A stretch of 64,000 nucleotides of DNA from Candidatus Saccharimonadales bacterium (GTDB taxonomy: Bacteria; Patescibacteriota; Saccharimonadia; Saccharimonadales; DATKHC01), in assembly GCA_038317055.1 (NCBI GenBank), contig JBBQBA010000001.1, positions 408,153 to 472,152 of the forward strand. Direction: 5' to 3'. The notes under the pieces are model-generated. The model was not told the DNA's origin, searched no databases, and saw nothing but the letters and a program-made list of their open reading frames with translations. Of the stretch, positions 63,894 through 64,000 are shown piece by piece (position 1 is the first letter of the stretch; each line of letters begins with the position of its first letter). Made by a program: the position numbers and the translations under genes.

Positions 63894-64000
63894 GATTATT
63901 ACTCCTTATAACAAAATTTAACTGTTTACCTGCAAGCTGTGGCTGCTGGTCAACTATTATCTTATCTCCTAAAATTGCGATAACTTTATCAGCTAGCTTG
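63871..64000 (-). CDS. infC: Translation initiation factor IF-3, C-terminal end (partial, continues beyond the window)
   Basis: The open minus-strand frame reads ...KLADKVIAILGDKIIVDQQPQLAGKQLNFVIRSNNRAKTKDA*. This has an IF-3 C-terminal pattern (pk.eGr.m.m.l.p) and infC-rpmI-rplT synteny. It overlaps the rpmI start by 23 nt. Confidence 0.6.
   Translation of the reverse strand, partial: KLADKVIAILGDKIIVDQQPQLAGKQLNFVIRSNNRAKTKDA

Noticed and set aside
1-64000. CRISPR arrays, transposases/IS elements, prophage genes, toxin-antitoxin pairs and known defence systems
   Set aside because: I scanned the intergenic regions and the ORF list. I found no repeat-spacer periodicity, no DDE/serine recombinase, no phage structural genes and no recognisable TA or restriction-modification motifs.

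Overview
This is a 64-kb, AT-rich, gene-dense bacterial chromosome segment. My hand counts of 100-nt samples gave about 33% GC in membrane-protein genes, 40-43% in housekeeping genes and 43-47% at 46.2-47.5 kb. TGA is used as a stop codon (for example at the pilM end), so the standard bacterial code applies. Tiny or overlapping gene junctions, few biosynthetic genes, a secretin-less type IV pilus (T4P) locus and many short anchored or secreted hypothetical proteins fit a reduced-genome Patescibacteria/CPR organism, plausibly Saccharibacteria-like. That taxonomic call is inference only.

Housekeeping backbone: polA, mutM, holA, rpsT, rpsO-pnp, a family-4 UDG, rnj, ftsK, rpsF-ssb-rpsR, efp, tlyA, ychF, xer, ndk, nrdR, thrS, miaA, rpmB, an RNase HI fusion, RNase P RNA, rplT-rpmI-infC and six tRNAs, all with encoded CCA.

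Notable content:
- An 11.7-kb, 13-gene, single-strand T4P supercluster (pilMNO-pilB-pilT-pilC-pilA-pilD plus four large pilin-like genes) with no secretin.
- A histidine kinase / receiver-only regulator / second PilB-type ATPase module.
- A small accessory patch next to a tRNA cluster, holding an alpha/beta hydrolase and two possibly paralogous unknown genes behind a palindrome-bearing promoter.
- A membrane GT2 synthase with a translationally coupled small membrane protein.
- A DHH-fold pseudoenzyme fused to a roughly 390-aa proline-rich tail.
- A candidate 135-nt structured sRNA.
- A terminator-containing region upstream of thrS.

I saw no CRISPR array, transposase, prophage or recognisable defence system. 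I cannot point to one clearly novel system, and the findings are ranked accordingly. All calls come from reading the translations and the DNA by eye. Coordinates I derived by hand (RNAs, hairpins, promoters, alternative starts) should be taken as +/-2 nt.
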